Shown: positions 26,401 through 40,335 of the stretch, piece after piece
How positions within the stretch are numbered: the first letter of the stretch is position 1
Layout of the letters: every line of letters starts with the position of its first letter
Source of the DNA: the human T2T-CHM13v2.0 reference genome, Homo sapiens
DNA: 64,000 nucleotides
Strand: one strand, 5' to 3'
Assembly: GCF_009914755.1 (NCBI RefSeq)
Contig: NC_060929.1
Notes under the pieces: model-generated
Seen by the model: only the letters and a program-made list of their open reading frames with translations
Told to the model about the DNA's origin: nothing
The model's database searches: none
Position numbers and translations under genes: made by a program

Positions 26401-27280
26401 TACCAGATTTTTCAGTGTTAGCGCCCACAGTTCCTAATATCCCATTCCTACCAGTCTCTGAAATCACTTTCCCTGGATGTCTTCCTGAGTTTGGCTACTG
26501 CACCCACTGACAGTTATACAGCAATGATAAGAGAGGGGTGACACAAAAGAATGCTGACAGCCTGAAGCCACTGACAGGCTGTCTCTGCTGGCAAGTATAG
26601 CATTCCTGATATACTTAATTAACTAATATCATTAAGTATTACTAATTTATATATTAATATAATTTTGGCTATCAACAATAAATCTCCTCTGGTTTAATAG
26701 GCAGATGATTGATGTTATTTGTCTCTTTAGAAAGCTCTCTGGAAGAAGCATAAACCCATGAGGTCTAGAGGGAGCAGATAAAATGGCCAGAGTGGTGAAC
26801 ATGACAACAGAGTTAAGATAATCAGCAGCATTTGAAGAGGTCCCCAAGCAGAAAAGGATCTAGCAGACCAGGCTGATATTTTCAAAAAGTTGGCTGATAC
26901 TTAACTCATTCTGTTAGACACTTCTCTTTGGAATAGACTGGAGCCTGTTGGGCTGAGGTGGGAGGAAGGCAAGAAGGGCTGGGCATGGCATCCTAGATGT
27001 GGATAAAAGTGGACAATCCCTTCTCATAGTCTCCTTTCCTGAGAGAGTTTTAATAATTCTATGATGTTTCCCATCCTCATAAGAATATTAGACAGCCTGT
27101 TTACCTTGCCTGTAGCCCCTGCTTACTTTGAGCTTCATGTGTCCTTGAAACCATTGTCAAGGCTGGTTAAACTAAATGTCAGTCACCGCTTTCCACCTGC
27201 CCTGCTGTATGCCGTTCTCTGCCCATGCCTCCTCTTCCACCTGGAGCCCTTAGATTCCTACTCAGGAAAGAAAACGTGTG

Positions 27281-27282
<2 letters not shown>

Positions 27283-27335
<53 letters not shown>
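27283..27335. repeat. (GT)n microsatellite, about 26 units
   Basis: Uninterrupted gtgtgt run. Confidence 0.98.
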
Positions 27336-27337
<2 letters not shown>

Positions 27338-27549
27338 ATAAAGAGGAGGTGTTCTTATTTGCCCTACTTCTGTTTACTACAACATCTTTTTAAATGTGCC
27401 TTTCAACTATTTGCCTGAGCTAGATGCCTATGCAAATGTTTAGGAACCAAAGCTCCTCCTGTGACTCTCATCTCCCACGTGGAATTTCCCCTTTGTGAAC
27501 AGTTGTAGTGGTAGCTGATAGGTGTGTATTCAGGCTGAAGGGAGATGGA

Positions 27550-27800
27550 TAGTAATGTAGTAGAAAGGGCCTTGAGCAAGAAGTTACAAGACCGGTTTTC
27601 CATCACAGCTCGGCCATGTGACTCAACATCAGCTTGGGTCTATTGAATGGTTCAATAAATATTCACTGAGCACCTACTACACAGTAGACACCAAGCCGCA
27701 GTTTTCTCATCCAACTAAGGATAATAAAACAGGTAATAAAAGGGGTTTTATAGGATAATCTTTATAGTCTCAATTTTGTTACAAGTGTATGAAAAAATAA
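27550..27800. mobile_element. MIR with a short L2 tail fragment inside
   Basis: ggccatgtgact...cttggg, then ttcaataaatattcactgagcacctactac (L2 end), then cagttttctcatccaactaaggataataa. Confidence 0.55.
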
Positions 27801-28372
27801 GTCAAATATAAACTAGAAGAAATAAAGACTCAAACTCCCCATTTCTGAGTCTAGGAAACTATTCAAGTCATGGTGTGTGTAACTGACTTATGGTTTATGA
27901 AATACCAGGAAAGAATGTTTCCCTGGGTGAGAGCAAGAATCACCTGACAACAAGACAATGTTTCATGCCTTAATGAAAGCCAGGGTGTAGCACTGAGCCC
28001 TGGTCTATCAAACAGGAAACTCAACTTCTGTTAAAGAGAGGAAACTTCTTGTGATTGATTGCCTAACCAATTAGGCTCACACACGGTATTGTTTATTTAC
28101 CATCTCTCCTCTTCATTGGGAGTACAAAATTTAGCTCAATTAGTTCCAAGACCTACAGACAAAACTCCCCAATTAGGAGGATACCGACTTAGCACGTGGC
28201 ACAAAACTGTAGAGTCTAGTAAGTATATATTCTGAGGTATTCAATCACCAGGTAAGGCTTATTGATATGCCCAGGTCTGCTTTTAGTTATTTCTTTTGCC
28301 ATTACAGAATGAATTATGGGAATAATCAGCTAGAAGAGCATGTCTTTCTTCTGTGGTTGCAATAACAAGAAG

Positions 28373-28443
28373 TAGGAGGGGGAGAAGGAAAAGGAGAAAG
28401 AGGAAGAAGGAGAGGAGGAGGAAGAAGAGGAGGAGAAGAAAAA
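28373..28443. repeat. Polypurine (GGA/GAA)n low-complexity tract
   Basis: aggagggggagaaggaaaaggagaaagaggaagaaggagaggaggaggaagaagaggaggagaagaaaa. Confidence 0.9.
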
Positions 28444-30668
28444 GTGCCACTGCCAACCTAGTGAATCCGATAAAAGAGAAACTTCTGATAGATTGACATG
28501 AAAGAAAGCTGTCATTTAGGATCAATACCCTAAGTGTTTATTTAAATGCTTTATGGATGAGCTGTTGAGTCTTCTGCTCTTCTGGTGAAAGAATTAAAAT
28601 CTAGCAATGTTTCCAGACTCCTTTTTGACTTGACTCTGATACCTACTATCAGGTGTGAGTGGGTTATTCATTTATTCTTTTTGGATCTCAGTTTTCTCAT
28701 CTAAAGATAGAGAAAGTTGGCCTCCATCAGTAATTTTCCTTTGTCAGTATTGCATTTTTGGCTTTGTTAAAATAAAGCTTACAAAATCAGATACTGATAG
28801 AATTCCATCACTGGGCTTGCTTTAAAGAATGAATGAAACGACATGGGGAAGGTTCTTATACTTGGCAGATAGGAATTGGTTGATGAAGTAAGACCGCTAG
28901 ATTGTGCTTGCTTCTCCCCTGATGCCCATGGTATTATCACCCCATGTGTCCTCTCACATACTAAATCCATGTTTTAAGCATGTGTCTGAAGGTCAGTGAG
29001 AAACCTAGTTCCCCTCCACAAATATCTGTGTGGATTGTTGGCCAGGGGAGGGGCAGGAGCACCGAGTCACCCCTCTGGTCTTTTCTCATGAAATGTTCTG
29101 ATCTCATTGGATTCTCAATCCCTGTGTGTCTGCCTCAGCCACTGCTGCCCTACCTATGAGCTTGTGAATTTTCCTCAAAATGGAAACTGAACCCAATGCT
29201 TTCTTCACACATGCACATTATACCTAAACGCTCCATTCCTTTTCCCCCTTAAGTTCCATTAGTACAAAGCAATTGGACAAAGCCAGCTTTCAACTGAAGG
29301 TTTGGGCTAATGGAGGGAAATATCCACATATACTAGCACAACATGGTCACTAATTTAAGATGGAATATTAAACAACGCTGCTCTAAACCCACGGTCTTTC
29401 TCTGCCTCTGGGAATGTCTCGTAGGTAGGTTCCGATCCCTGAGGGTTTGCCTCCTCAGACCTTTCTCTCTCTCTTACCACCTTAGCCTTCAAACCTCCAA
29501 ATTTCTCATAAATTAGAGTTTCATTTTCTACCCCCTACTCAGATTGAGCTCGGATGATCTGCTAAATGAGAACCAACTACATCACACCTCCACAGCACAA
29601 AACACAGGTAGAAGCTTTGAAATTACTGTTTCTCCTTCCATCTGATTACATTTTTAGGCTAAGCTCCCGTCTCTGTAGACAATTTAGGGAAGAAGGAAAA
29701 GTAGAAAGGTATAAAACCAGTATAAGTTCTCTCCCTACTTTGAGAGAACGATTCCAGCATATGACTTTCTTTTCTACTTCCCAATATAAATATTATCATT
29801 GTCAGCTTTATCGTACTATTATCTATCCTGCTGACACCCAGCACTTAGATTAACAGTGCGCTATTCTGAAACAAGAGATGAGACCCTGCGTCCCTATACC
29901 CTGGCTCCTCAGTCTAACTTCACATGTCCCAGGCTGTCCCCTGGGTATTTCATTACGACCAAAAGGGCAGTTCTTCTTAAACCATGTGAGGAAGGAATAC
30001 TTAAATTTTTTTTCCAATTTCTCAAGGACTGATAATTTTGTAAAATCAAAATAGATTACCAGAAAATAAAATTCAAAACAAAAGACATACAAATTCAATT
30101 CCCAGGTTTTTAAAATTATGAGATACAAAAGATAAAATAACTGTCAAATTGCTGTATAAGTTTCTAAATGCATACTCTTCATTTCTGTGCTCATCTTTGT
30201 GCAGATAGGTTAACAATGGTTCTTGGGATCAGTTGATTTCTGAGTTTATATCCAGCTCTAAAACTGTAACATTCTCCTGTGAAATCTTCATTCTCAGGTC
30301 TGACATGTAGAAACAGAACCACAGTAGGTGTGGACCTGCAAGCTAAAGGAAATTTAGTTGTGAAGCATCTTTCCAGCTTGCAACATTGTTATGAATTTAT
30401 TTGCCACATTTAGCACTATGGTGTCACATTGATGTACAGTACCAGTGGCTCTTAAGCAGCACAGAAGCTAGATGACATTATTTCAATTCTTGCTAAAATG
30501 GTTTATTTCCCAGAGAACGTTGGGTTTTGTTTAATGTATTCTGGGCTCCAAGGCTAGACTCCTGTAATAAATTAGCATAGCCAGATTTGCTTTTATGGAA
30601 TTCAGTTATTTCTTTTTTATTTCTTGAAAGCTGAGTAATTTTGAAAGTAATACAGAGTATAAAAAAGA

Positions 30669-30955
30669 GGCCAGGTGTGGTGGCTTATGCCTGTAATCCC
30701 AGTACTTGGGGAGGCTGAGGAGGGAGAATCACTTGAGGCCAGGAGTTTGAGACCAGCCTATGAAACAAAGTGAGATCCAATCTCTACGAAAACAAAACAA
30801 AAATCAGCAGGACATGGTGATGCGCCTGTAGTGCCAGTTGCTTGGGAGGCTGAGGCAAGGGATTGAAGCTGCAGTGAGCTATGACCATGTGCCACTGCAC
30901 TCTAGCCCGGGCAACACAGCAAGACCCTGTCTCTTTTAAACAAACAAAAAATTAA
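30669..30955 (+). mobile_element. AluJ
   Basis: ggccaggtgtggtggcttatgcctgtaatccc...gaagctgcagtgagctatg...gcaagaccctgtctc, with a right-arm deletion. Confidence 0.92.
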
Positions 30956-32059
30956 TTTAAGAAAACACAGAAAAAAAAAACTACAGCTACTTCTAGTGAA
31001 TCTTCCTCATAAATCAACTATTTCCAAAAACTTAAAACAAGAGAGTATCTTCAACCTTGAGAGTTCTGGCATTTAACAGACTGTTGAGAGCTTTCTTCTT
31101 ACTAGTGTATTTGTTGGCAGTAAGTACTAAGGTGGGAGGTGTAGGGCAGGGACTGACATTTCTGTTCTTTAGTGGGCATTAAATTCTTCAAGGAGTCTGT
31201 GGAGGCTTTTTTTGTGGTACCATCTCATCTTCCAAACTTGACCTCTTCCTTGTTCTTCAATTTCTACTCGCAAATTTTCCAGTGGTAGAAGAGTTGGAAG
31301 AAAAGAGAAAGATCTGGTTCAATTAAGACTGAGTAGAGCCTTGACACATTTCAATTCTTTCTTTTTAAAAAATTCACTTTAAATTCAATTTAACTGTCTA
31401 GCTTAGGTTTTCATTTTAAAAATGGACTTGGGGGCAGATGATTCCTAACTTCATTATAAATACTTTCAGACTTGCAATAATTTTATCCCATATTAGACTT
31501 CTTCAGCTTAAGTGAGAAACATAAATCTGGTTTATGCCTAACAACTTGTGTTTTGTAATGCTCCACAAAAGACCTTTTGATAAAGTAGATCAGGTTTAAG
31601 AAAAAAACCTCTTCCCCAGGATTTTAGTTCCTGCAATTCATCAGGTCTGCAGAAAAACTCAGAAAGTTCAATTGTGGATCAAGACTTAACATGTAGACCT
31701 CAACCGTTCTTTTTCTATTCTTTGCATCTCCCCAAGTGATCCATGTCTTTCTTAAACATGGTGCTTCAGATTAGCCACTCTATGCCTGTCAGATTCAGTT
31801 CAGTTCTCATTTGTTGACCTCCTACTGGGTGCTAGATGTTGTGTTAGGCATTGACAATATAAATTTGTCCCTTCCCTTGAGGATTTCATGGAACTTCATC
31901 TGTTTGTTAATTTTTGTCATTCAAGTTCTTATCCATGTCTGTAAAATACGTAAGTAATTCTCACCAAAAATCTATTTTTAAAAATCCATTGTTATTTTTG
32001 CCTGTTTTTATTAAGGATCTTAAAATACCAGAAGTTAAAATAATGATATCTTACTTAAG

Positions 32060-32320
32060 ACAACTTTCTTGTCTCACATAGACTGGGTTGGGCATTTCTC
32101 TTATGCATGTTCATAGCACTTTGCTCAAATATAGCATAGTACATTTGCATATCTTTGTAAATGACCTCTTTCTCTGGCATCCTTACTAGACTATGAGCTT
32201 TCTGAAGACAGAACCTATGTCTTAGCCATCATTGAATCTTCAGGACCTAGAATATTTCCTAGCACACAGTAAGGCTCTATAAATTTTACTGAATTATTGA
32301 ATAAATAAAAGAAAGAAAAG
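32060..32320. mobile_element. L2 3' end
   Basis: actagactatgagctttctgaagacagaacctatgtctt...cctagcacacagtaaggctctataaattttactgaatt...gaataaataaa. Confidence 0.8.
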
Positions 32321-32649
32321 AAAACCTCCACTTATTTGGTCTTCAAGTAACTCATAGCTAAGCTGCTATTGAAAATAGGATCTTTATAAAGTCTGGCTAT
32401 GTATTCATTCAACTGCCAGGAGTTTCATGTTGATTTATTAATGTGAAGAATCAAAGAGCTCTTTGAGACCAGCATCTCACCTAATTCACCTTTAACATGA
32501 GTTTCTTGGCTTTGAGCATATGATTGCAGCAATGTAGCTGTGACAAAATGCATATAGCATTAATATAAAGCATTAATATAAATCAATGTAAGCCCCCACA
32601 CCATGCCACCCCACTGAAGCAGTTTTCTGTTGTATTTGAGACACCAAAT

Positions 32650-33290
32650 ATATAGAGTCACACTTCCTGGCTCTATCATATGTTACCTGCATGACCTTGG
32701 GAAAATGGCAATCATTTTGAGCCAGTTTCTTCATCTGCAAAATGGGATAACAAGAATTACCACATAGTGCTGTTGTGGTTGATGTTAAAAGATAAACTTA
32801 CACATTAACATTTTAAAGAGCTTATTTAAGCAGATAGTGATTTAGGAATCAGGCAGCATCATACCACAGTTTAGGGCACCACTGAGAGGACCCAAGGGGA
32901 AACGTTTTGTAGGGTGTTCTTGGAAGTCAGACAAAGAGAACATTTGATGGGCTAAAATGGAAAGTCCCTAGTTAGAAGTTAGTTGGCAGTTTGTGATCCT
33001 TAATATTGCTGCTATAATTATGGTAATTTGTTGATTTTGCTTAAAAAATTAGATGATAACACATTTGAGCTTAAGCTTAATGGCTAAGCTTAAGTTTCCT
33101 TTTCATAGCTATGACCATTCACTCCAGGTTGGCTTTCAGTTACTTATGTTGGAACCCAAAGCGTGGGAGCCCTCTCAGCCTAATGGTCTCCCAATTACTA
33201 TTATTTTTAACAGTAGTTAGAAGTTAGTATTTATAAAATGCTTAAAACACCGTCTTGCACATAAGTGCTTAATTAATGTTAGCCATTGTG
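32650..33290. mobile_element. MIR split by an ERV1-class LTR
   Basis: MIR core catgaccttggg...ccagtttcttcatctgcaaaatgggataacaag to about 32780. The MIR tail ataaaatgcttaaaacaccgtcttgcacataagtgctt follows after about 33215. Confidence 0.7.
32783..33212 (-). mobile_element. ERV1-class solo LTR (MER93/MER65-like)
   Basis: Inverted termini tgttaaaa...ttttaaca, and ttttaaagagcttatttaagcagatagtgatttaggaatcaggcagc. Confidence 0.6.
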
Positions 33291-35189
33291 AAAGAAGATG
33301 TTTACATTGCTCTGTAAAGACATTTATTTTGCAATTACTGAACATCAAAGGAAACACTTACTGGAATTTGTTCTTCACTTACAAATGTATAATTCTTACT
33401 AACTGCAATTCTCTGTAGCTCAGCTGTAGATTCTTCAAAGGAAATATAAATGCAAAACTCTATATGCTGCTTAGGGTGGCAGCGGAATTGGAAAATGGTT
33501 TTCCTTAGTGATCATAACAATTTCAATCAATGTCTGGTGGTTACATCTGAGTCAGCCGCACGATTTCATTGAGAACAGAGGTAGCTTGAACCTTCATAAC
33601 TGGTATTATTGTTCACAAGCAAGCTCCCTCTGCTGCCCCCTAAAGACCAGATCATATAATTTCTGAAGGGTATTATTCTCTGACCTATATTTTCTTCTAT
33701 TTTTTAAGGTATGCCAACACAATTCATTTTCGATTAAGCTAAGCACCATGGCAATAACTAAATAAGTACTATTAGATACACTGGATTTCATTTACCTTTA
33801 GGATAATTTCTAAAATGCTTCAGTGTTTGATATCTAGTAAAAAATTAAGACTTCCCTAAGTTCTCTGAATTCATACCATTTGACATACAACTATCCGACA
33901 GTACTGAAAAGCATTAACTGCATCTAGACCCAAAAACAAGCTAAAAATGGTAGAGGAAATTTTACATTTGCCAAAACATAAAATACAAAATTGAGAATGA
34001 GCTGCTTGTGTGTTCTCAACAAATAAGGAATTTTTTGACTCGCTCTAAAAAACAAGTTTTCATGATTGCAGTTACTGAATTTTTTGGGAAATAATTGCTG
34101 GTTATTTTGTCACATTTCCTATTGAGTTCAAATGTGCTTTCATCTATTTTTTAAGCAAAATCAGTAAATTACCATAATTGTAACAGCAATATTAAGGATC
34201 CCACAATGCCAATGGGTGTAAAGAATCCGATTCATAGCAGATTTCAATTACCATAATTCTGTTGCAATTCTCAAGGTCCATCCTTCCTTTAGTAACTTTC
34301 TTCCAAAAGAAATCTTTGTAAAGGAGAAACACTAAACTTCTTGGGGATTCACAACAAATAAAGCCATCACTCTTTTGATATGGGGGCGCATGTGCTTATT
34401 TCTTATGTAATTGGCTGAGTTTACCCTGGAGCAGATTTACTGAAGTACTCACCCACCAACATCTAAGTCAAAAAGGTTTTGAATGGCTCTTACTGTCTAA
34501 CTTTTCATTTTATGGATTGCTAGATGCTGGACAGTCTCTTTTATTTGCTACAAAGGCCTAGAATTTCTTTTTCCTTAAAGTATTATGTGCTGGGTTTTTA
34601 AAAAATTGTATTGAAATACTACCTCTCCGCAGTCTCTGATATGATTAATAGGATCCAGAGCCTATTCATTTGCTGTTTGTTTTTAGCTTTAGGAAATGCA
34701 CTGCTGCTCCCATTTTCTCTTCATAATATTTTCAATGGACCATGAGACTTATTGAAGAAGAAATGTAGTGACTCATACAGCCACTTGATGATAGTATATA
34801 AAAGATTCCAGACTAGAGCGGAGTGTACACATTTCTGCAACTCGGAGATCATGGTTGTCTGTCTTGTCTCCTAAAAACTGAAAGTAATTTCAACTACCAC
34901 ATGTATACCGCTAAACTTGCAAATAGGCAGGCTATTATGAGGTTCAAAGTTGATATTTTTTCAAAGAGATTTTTAATATTATAAATAAAAATCATAACCA
35001 GTGTTACCTTTAATACATTAATATCATATTGCTAGTTTGTCTAATACCGTACTGGGGTTTAGAAATTTGCATGCAGAACTTCTATGAAATCTTTCCTTTT
35101 GAATAGTGGAGAACTTCCATGAAATCTTTCCTTTTGAATAGCAATAGAACTATTGTAAACAATGCTATTAATTTCTGAAATGGGTGCCA

Positions 35190-35672
35190 TATTAATTTTG
35201 TATTGTTGCTGTAACCAATTATCACAAATTTCGCAGCTTAAAACAACACAAATTTATTCTTACAGTTCTCAAGATATCAACAAGTTATATTCCTTCCTAG
35301 AAGATCTAGAGGAGAACCATTTTCTTCCTTTTTTCAACCTCAAAAGGCTGCTTGCATTCTTTGGTTCATAGTCTTCTTTCTCCATCTTAAAAGCCAGCAA
35401 TACTACTTTTCTCTGACAATCCTCCCATAGTCACATTTCCCTCTGACCACATCTCCCTCTGACCACATCTCCCTCAACCAGGAAATATTCTGTAATGTTA
35501 AGGACCCATGTGGTTAGATTTGGCCCACCAGGAATCCTGTACGATCTTTCATCTTAAGTTCTGCAACATAACCACATCTTTAAAGTCCTTTTTTGCCTGT
35601 AAGGTAACATGTTCACAGGATATAAGAATTAAGACATGGACATCTTTGGGGAGCAATTATTTTGCCTACTAT
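35190..35672 (-). mobile_element. MLT1 (C/D-like) solo LTR
   Basis: tattgttgctgtaaccaattatcacaaatttcgcagcttaaaacaacacaaatttattcttacagttct...catggacatctttgggg. Confidence 0.85.
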
Positions 35673-35712
35673 GGATATTATTTTCATCACTAGGAAAAAT
35701 TGAAGCACAATG

Positions 35713-36437
35713 TGTAATTGCCTAATGGGTACTTCCTGCATGCTACACAGACAAAACCAATTCACTGAGACCATGGTATTGCAGTAAAGAAAGAGTTCAA
35801 TTGACACAAAGCTGGTCACATGAAAGATGGAGTTATTACTCAAATCAGTCTCTCTGACTGCTCAGAGGTTAGGGGATTTTCAAGGATAGTTTGGTGGGCA
35901 GGGTGCTAGGGAATGAAGAATGTGGAATAGTTGAGAATGAAACCATAGAGGTGTGGAAAACGGTTCTTGTGAGCTAACTCAGCCTCTGAGTAGAGGCCAC
36001 AGGACTAGTTGAGGCATGAGTCGCCATCTGGGTGGAGTCAGCTGGTCTCAGAAATGCAGTAGTCTGAAAAGATCTCTCAAAAGTCTAATCATAGATTCTA
36101 CAATAGTGATGTTATTTACAGGAGTAATTGGGGAAGTTACAAATCTTGTTTCCTCCAGAACAATTGCTGGTTATCATTTAACGATCCCTGCATCTTAGCA
36201 GAATGCAGGTCCCTCTCATAGCCCTAACCTGGTGGTTTTTCATTAGTTTTACACAGGCGGCTTAGTTTTGGGAAGGACCATTATCATCCTTGCTTTCAGA
36301 TTAAACTATAAAGTAAATTCCTCCCAAAGTTAGCTTGGCTTATGCCCAGGAATGACCAAAGACAGCTTAGAGATCAGAAAATGGATGGAGTCAACTATGT
36401 AAAATTTCTCTTACTTAATTTCGCAAAAGCAGTTTCA
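35713..36437 (-). mobile_element. LTR8/LTR8A-like ERV1 solo LTR
   Basis: tgtaattgcctaatggg...cacagacaaaaccaattcactgagaccatggtattgcagtaaagaaagag...ttcgcaaaagcagtttca. 4-bp TSD AATG/ATTG. Confidence 0.85.
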
Positions 36438-36614
36438 ATTGCATACACAATATGGTCTCTAACAGTAAATAAATAACAGTAAACCTATTATTTCTATTGA
36501 CTTTCTTCAAATCCTCAACTCCGTAGTTTCCTTTCCACTAAAAAACAGAGGACTAGAAAGGCATATTAAAATTACTTAGATTCATATTAAGAAGTCTTAA
36601 AATAACTGTGATTG

Positions 36615-36615
<1 letters not shown>

Positions 36616-36642
<27 letters not shown>
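36616..36642. repeat. (GT)n microsatellite, about 13 units
   Basis: Direct reading of the sequence. Confidence 0.95.
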
Positions 36643-36647
<5 letters not shown>

Positions 36648-37299
36648 CAGAGATGATTCGAATATTTTCTCTTTCAAAATATCTTCCTTTGTGACTGTAC
36701 TCTTTATTAGCTGGAGCTGATTCAAATAATCATAGAATGGATGCTGGTGTCTGATCTGCTTTTCTCCTGACTCTCAATTTCCCACCATGACTATTACCGT
36801 ATCTCATTAATCATCAGGATAGAACACCTCAGGTTGTTAAGCTCTAAATGCATTCTGACAACTCTCAGAGATGATCTGGCACTGAATGTGAGAAAACAGA
36901 TGACCATATTCAGAACTAATGGTTGGTTGAATACTTTATTTGTAACCATTAGACTAAGTTACTTTTCGTAAGTACATAGGTCTCAGTGCTCCATTCTCAG
37001 TGCTCCCCAACTCCTGACATCCCCAAATAGAGAATGTTGTCATAAACACCAGATGAAGAAGGAGAACCTGCACTTCCTAAGATCAAGCAGGCCGACCTCT
37101 AAGAAATGCCAAATCATGCACCTTACCTTGGCTAAATATGCCTCACTCTTTACACAGGACTTTGTTTTTAAGCAATCCTCACAACAATTTTGTAATGTAG
37201 GCATAATCCTCCCCCACCACCAGAACTTCAGAAGAATTGAGTAAAGTATCCAAGATCCACAGCTAAAAAGCATTAGAGTTCACTTGATTTCAATAAAAA

Positions 37300-40200
37300 A
37301 ATTACAAGGCATGTTTTGGCCTGTTAAGGCAAGAAAAAAACAGTCTGAAGAGACAAAGCACTTACCAAACTCAGATGTGACATAGATGCTAGAATTATAT
37401 AGGTTAGAAACTTGGATCTACATAAGGAAAGGAAGAACATTAGAGAAGGAATAAGTGAAGGCAAAATAAAATCTAAATTTTTTATTATTCGTAATGCTTC
37501 TAAAAGATGTATGTTTGTTGAAGCAATAATAGTAGCAATGTATTGGGTGATTAGAGCATATGAAGTACTGAAAATGAATGACAGCAATGGACAGAAAAGA
37601 GGAACTGGGAATACTACATAACTGTTCGAATGGCTAAAATTCACAATACTGACAGTACCAATTCCTGGTGAAGATGCAGAGCAACAGAAACTCTCCCTCA
37701 TTGTTGATGGGAATGCAGAATGTTATGGCCATTTTGGAAGACAGTTTAGCAGTTTCTTATAAAGTTAAACATACTCTACCATACCACCAATTCCCTTCTT
37801 AGGTATTTATCCAACTGATTTGCAAACGTATGTAAACACAAAAACCCTCATGTGAATGTTTATAGTAGCTTTAGTCATGATTGTGAAGAGCTGGAAGTAT
37901 CCAAGATGTCCTTCGGTAGTGAAGAGTTAAACAATCTGTGGCACAGCCATACAATGGAATACTACTTGGTAATAAAAAGAAATAAACTACCAAGCCACAA
38001 AAAGATGTGGATGAATTTGAAGTGCATATTGCTAAGTGAAAGAAGGCAGTTTGAAAAGGCTGCATATTCTATAATTCCATTAGTATGGGAAACTGGAAAG
38101 GCAAAATTATAGAGATAATAAACATATCAGTGGTCACTAGGATTTGGGGGTAGGGAGGTTAATAGCACAGGGGATTTTCTAGGACAGTGAAACTATTCTC
38201 ATATAATGCTGTAATGATAGATATATGACATGCATTTATCAAAACACAGAACCTTCCAGCACAAGGAGTAAACCTTAAGGGATGCAAATAAAAGAAAAAG
38301 TTTAGGAGGTTGGGGAATCCAAAGATGGAAGAATGCAGAATGTGACAAGATAATCTAACTGTATTACAAATGTACAAAATAACCTCACTAAAGGGGAGGG
38401 GATGAAATGGTGCTGACCTAAGTGACTTTGGAAACGAGTGGAATCTGTAAGATAAAAAGCAAAAGAAACTATAAATAAGCAGTGTACTCTAGTAAATAGA
38501 GTTTCTTCCCATGAGGGTATGGGTTTACAATTCTGAAACCACTATATGTGTACACTGGAAATGAACAATAAAGTAAATTTATGGCAGATGTTGGAAGACC
38601 AGTTTCTCACAGTTGGAATGTGAGGCTTATAGATAAGCAAGAGGAGCAGGAAACTAGAACAATCGATGTAGCAATGGATTAGAGTTGGAAATATCAGTAT
38701 AAACTCATTCTTAGCTTAATATAAATATACTGGCTAAATATATACTTATTTATAGACATACATATATACATGTATTAGTATACACACATATTTTTCTTTC
38801 TCTTAGCTGAGAGGGCCTGGAAGGAATGAACATACTTAGCACCCAGAACTTGGTTACTAACACTAGATAAACACAAATTTAAAAACTGAGATCTCTTTGG
38901 AGAAATGGCTGATTCTATACTGGCAGAAAATATAAAAGATAAGCTTTGAACATCTTGAAGTGGCAGAAAGTAAGGAAGTGCTAAAAGCATAAAGCCAAAA
39001 CTAACAAAAAACCAAAATGACATAGGAGCCAGCTGAAAGAGTTCCCACTGGACAAAGCTAGAACAATCTGAGCAGCAACATAAAGTACTATTGAATTATA
39101 ACTCACACTATAAAATCAATATCCATGAGTCCACACTTACTTAAATAAATAATTGGACGGGTAAGTAAGTAAATGGGGAAAGAATAGAAAAATTTCCCAT
39201 ACAGAAGAATTCCAGATAATTTGTTTTTATAGATACTTGGCCTTCAAGGAGATGAAGCATTAGAGCATAACTCCTCATTCCTTAAGTGTGAGCTATGCTT
39301 TGTGAGTTCCTTCCAAAGAGTATGGTATGGAGAAGGAAAAGAAAGAGTAAATTTACAGTGGAGAAGCCTTACAGACACTGCCTGATTCAGCTGATCAAGG
39401 TCAACATCAACAAGTCATGTCAGTAGTATGTACTCTTGATATGATGTGATGAAAATGCTACTGTGGCCTCCCTCTTCAAATTCCACAATGCTAATCTAGT
39501 TATAGGAAAGCATCAGACAAAGCCCAATAGAGGATCACTCTACAAAATACCTAACCAGTACTCCTTAAAACTTTCAAGGTCATCAAAAATAAGGAAAATT
39601 CAAAAAACTCACAGCTAAAAGGAGCCTAAGGAGACCTGATGACCAAATGTAGTGGTATCTTGTGTGAGAGCCTGAAACAGACACAGACGTTAGGTAAAAA
39701 TTAAGGAAATGTAAAAAGGATGGACTTTAGTTAATAATGTATCAATAATTTGTTCACTAATTGTGACAAATACACCATACTAATGTAATACATAATTAAT
39801 TGGGGAAGCTGAGTATGGAGTATACAGGAACTCTCTGGACCATCTTTGAAAATTTTCTGTAAATATAAAACTATTTTAAAAGGAAGTATTTTAAAAAATA
39901 GAACTTATAATGAGATGTCACTACATACATTCCTATCAGATGGACTAAAATAAAAAGTTATGACTATACCAAGTGCTAGTGAGCACGCAAATCTATTAGA
40001 ATATTCAAACACTGTTGATGGGAATGTAAAACATTACAGCCATTTAGGAAGTCAGTTTGGCAGTTTCTTATAAAGCTAAACAAACATTTACCATATGACC
40101 TAGCAATCTCATATCTAGATGTTTACTCTAGAGAAATTAAAACTTATGTCCATACAAAAACCTGTGCACTAAATTTTATAGCATGTGTATTTATAATCAC

Positions 40201-40335
40201 CAAAAACCTGGAAACCCATTATCCCTCAATGGATAAATAAATAAATAAATTGTGGTGTATACATACAATAAAATGCTGCTAAAAGAAATCTCAAAAGTTT
40301 AAATACCTTGCAATTCAATTTCTATAGTATAGAAT
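37300..40335 (+). mobile_element. Cluster of old L1MC/MD/ME ORF2-end and 3' UTR fragments
   Basis: ggtgaagatgcagagcaacagaaactctc...ttggaagacagtttagcagtttcttataaag (about 37670). L1MC-type long UTR at 38400-39890 (tgatcaaggtcaacatcaac...). A second ORF2 end at 39900-40280 has its UTR resuming at about 48640. Confidence 0.8.

Noticed and set aside
26072-26510. Lys/Glu/Arg-rich and Phe/Ser/Leu-rich ORFs, also at 28283-28525 and 27061-27336
   Set aside because: The frames stay open only because they cross GA-rich or GT microsatellites.
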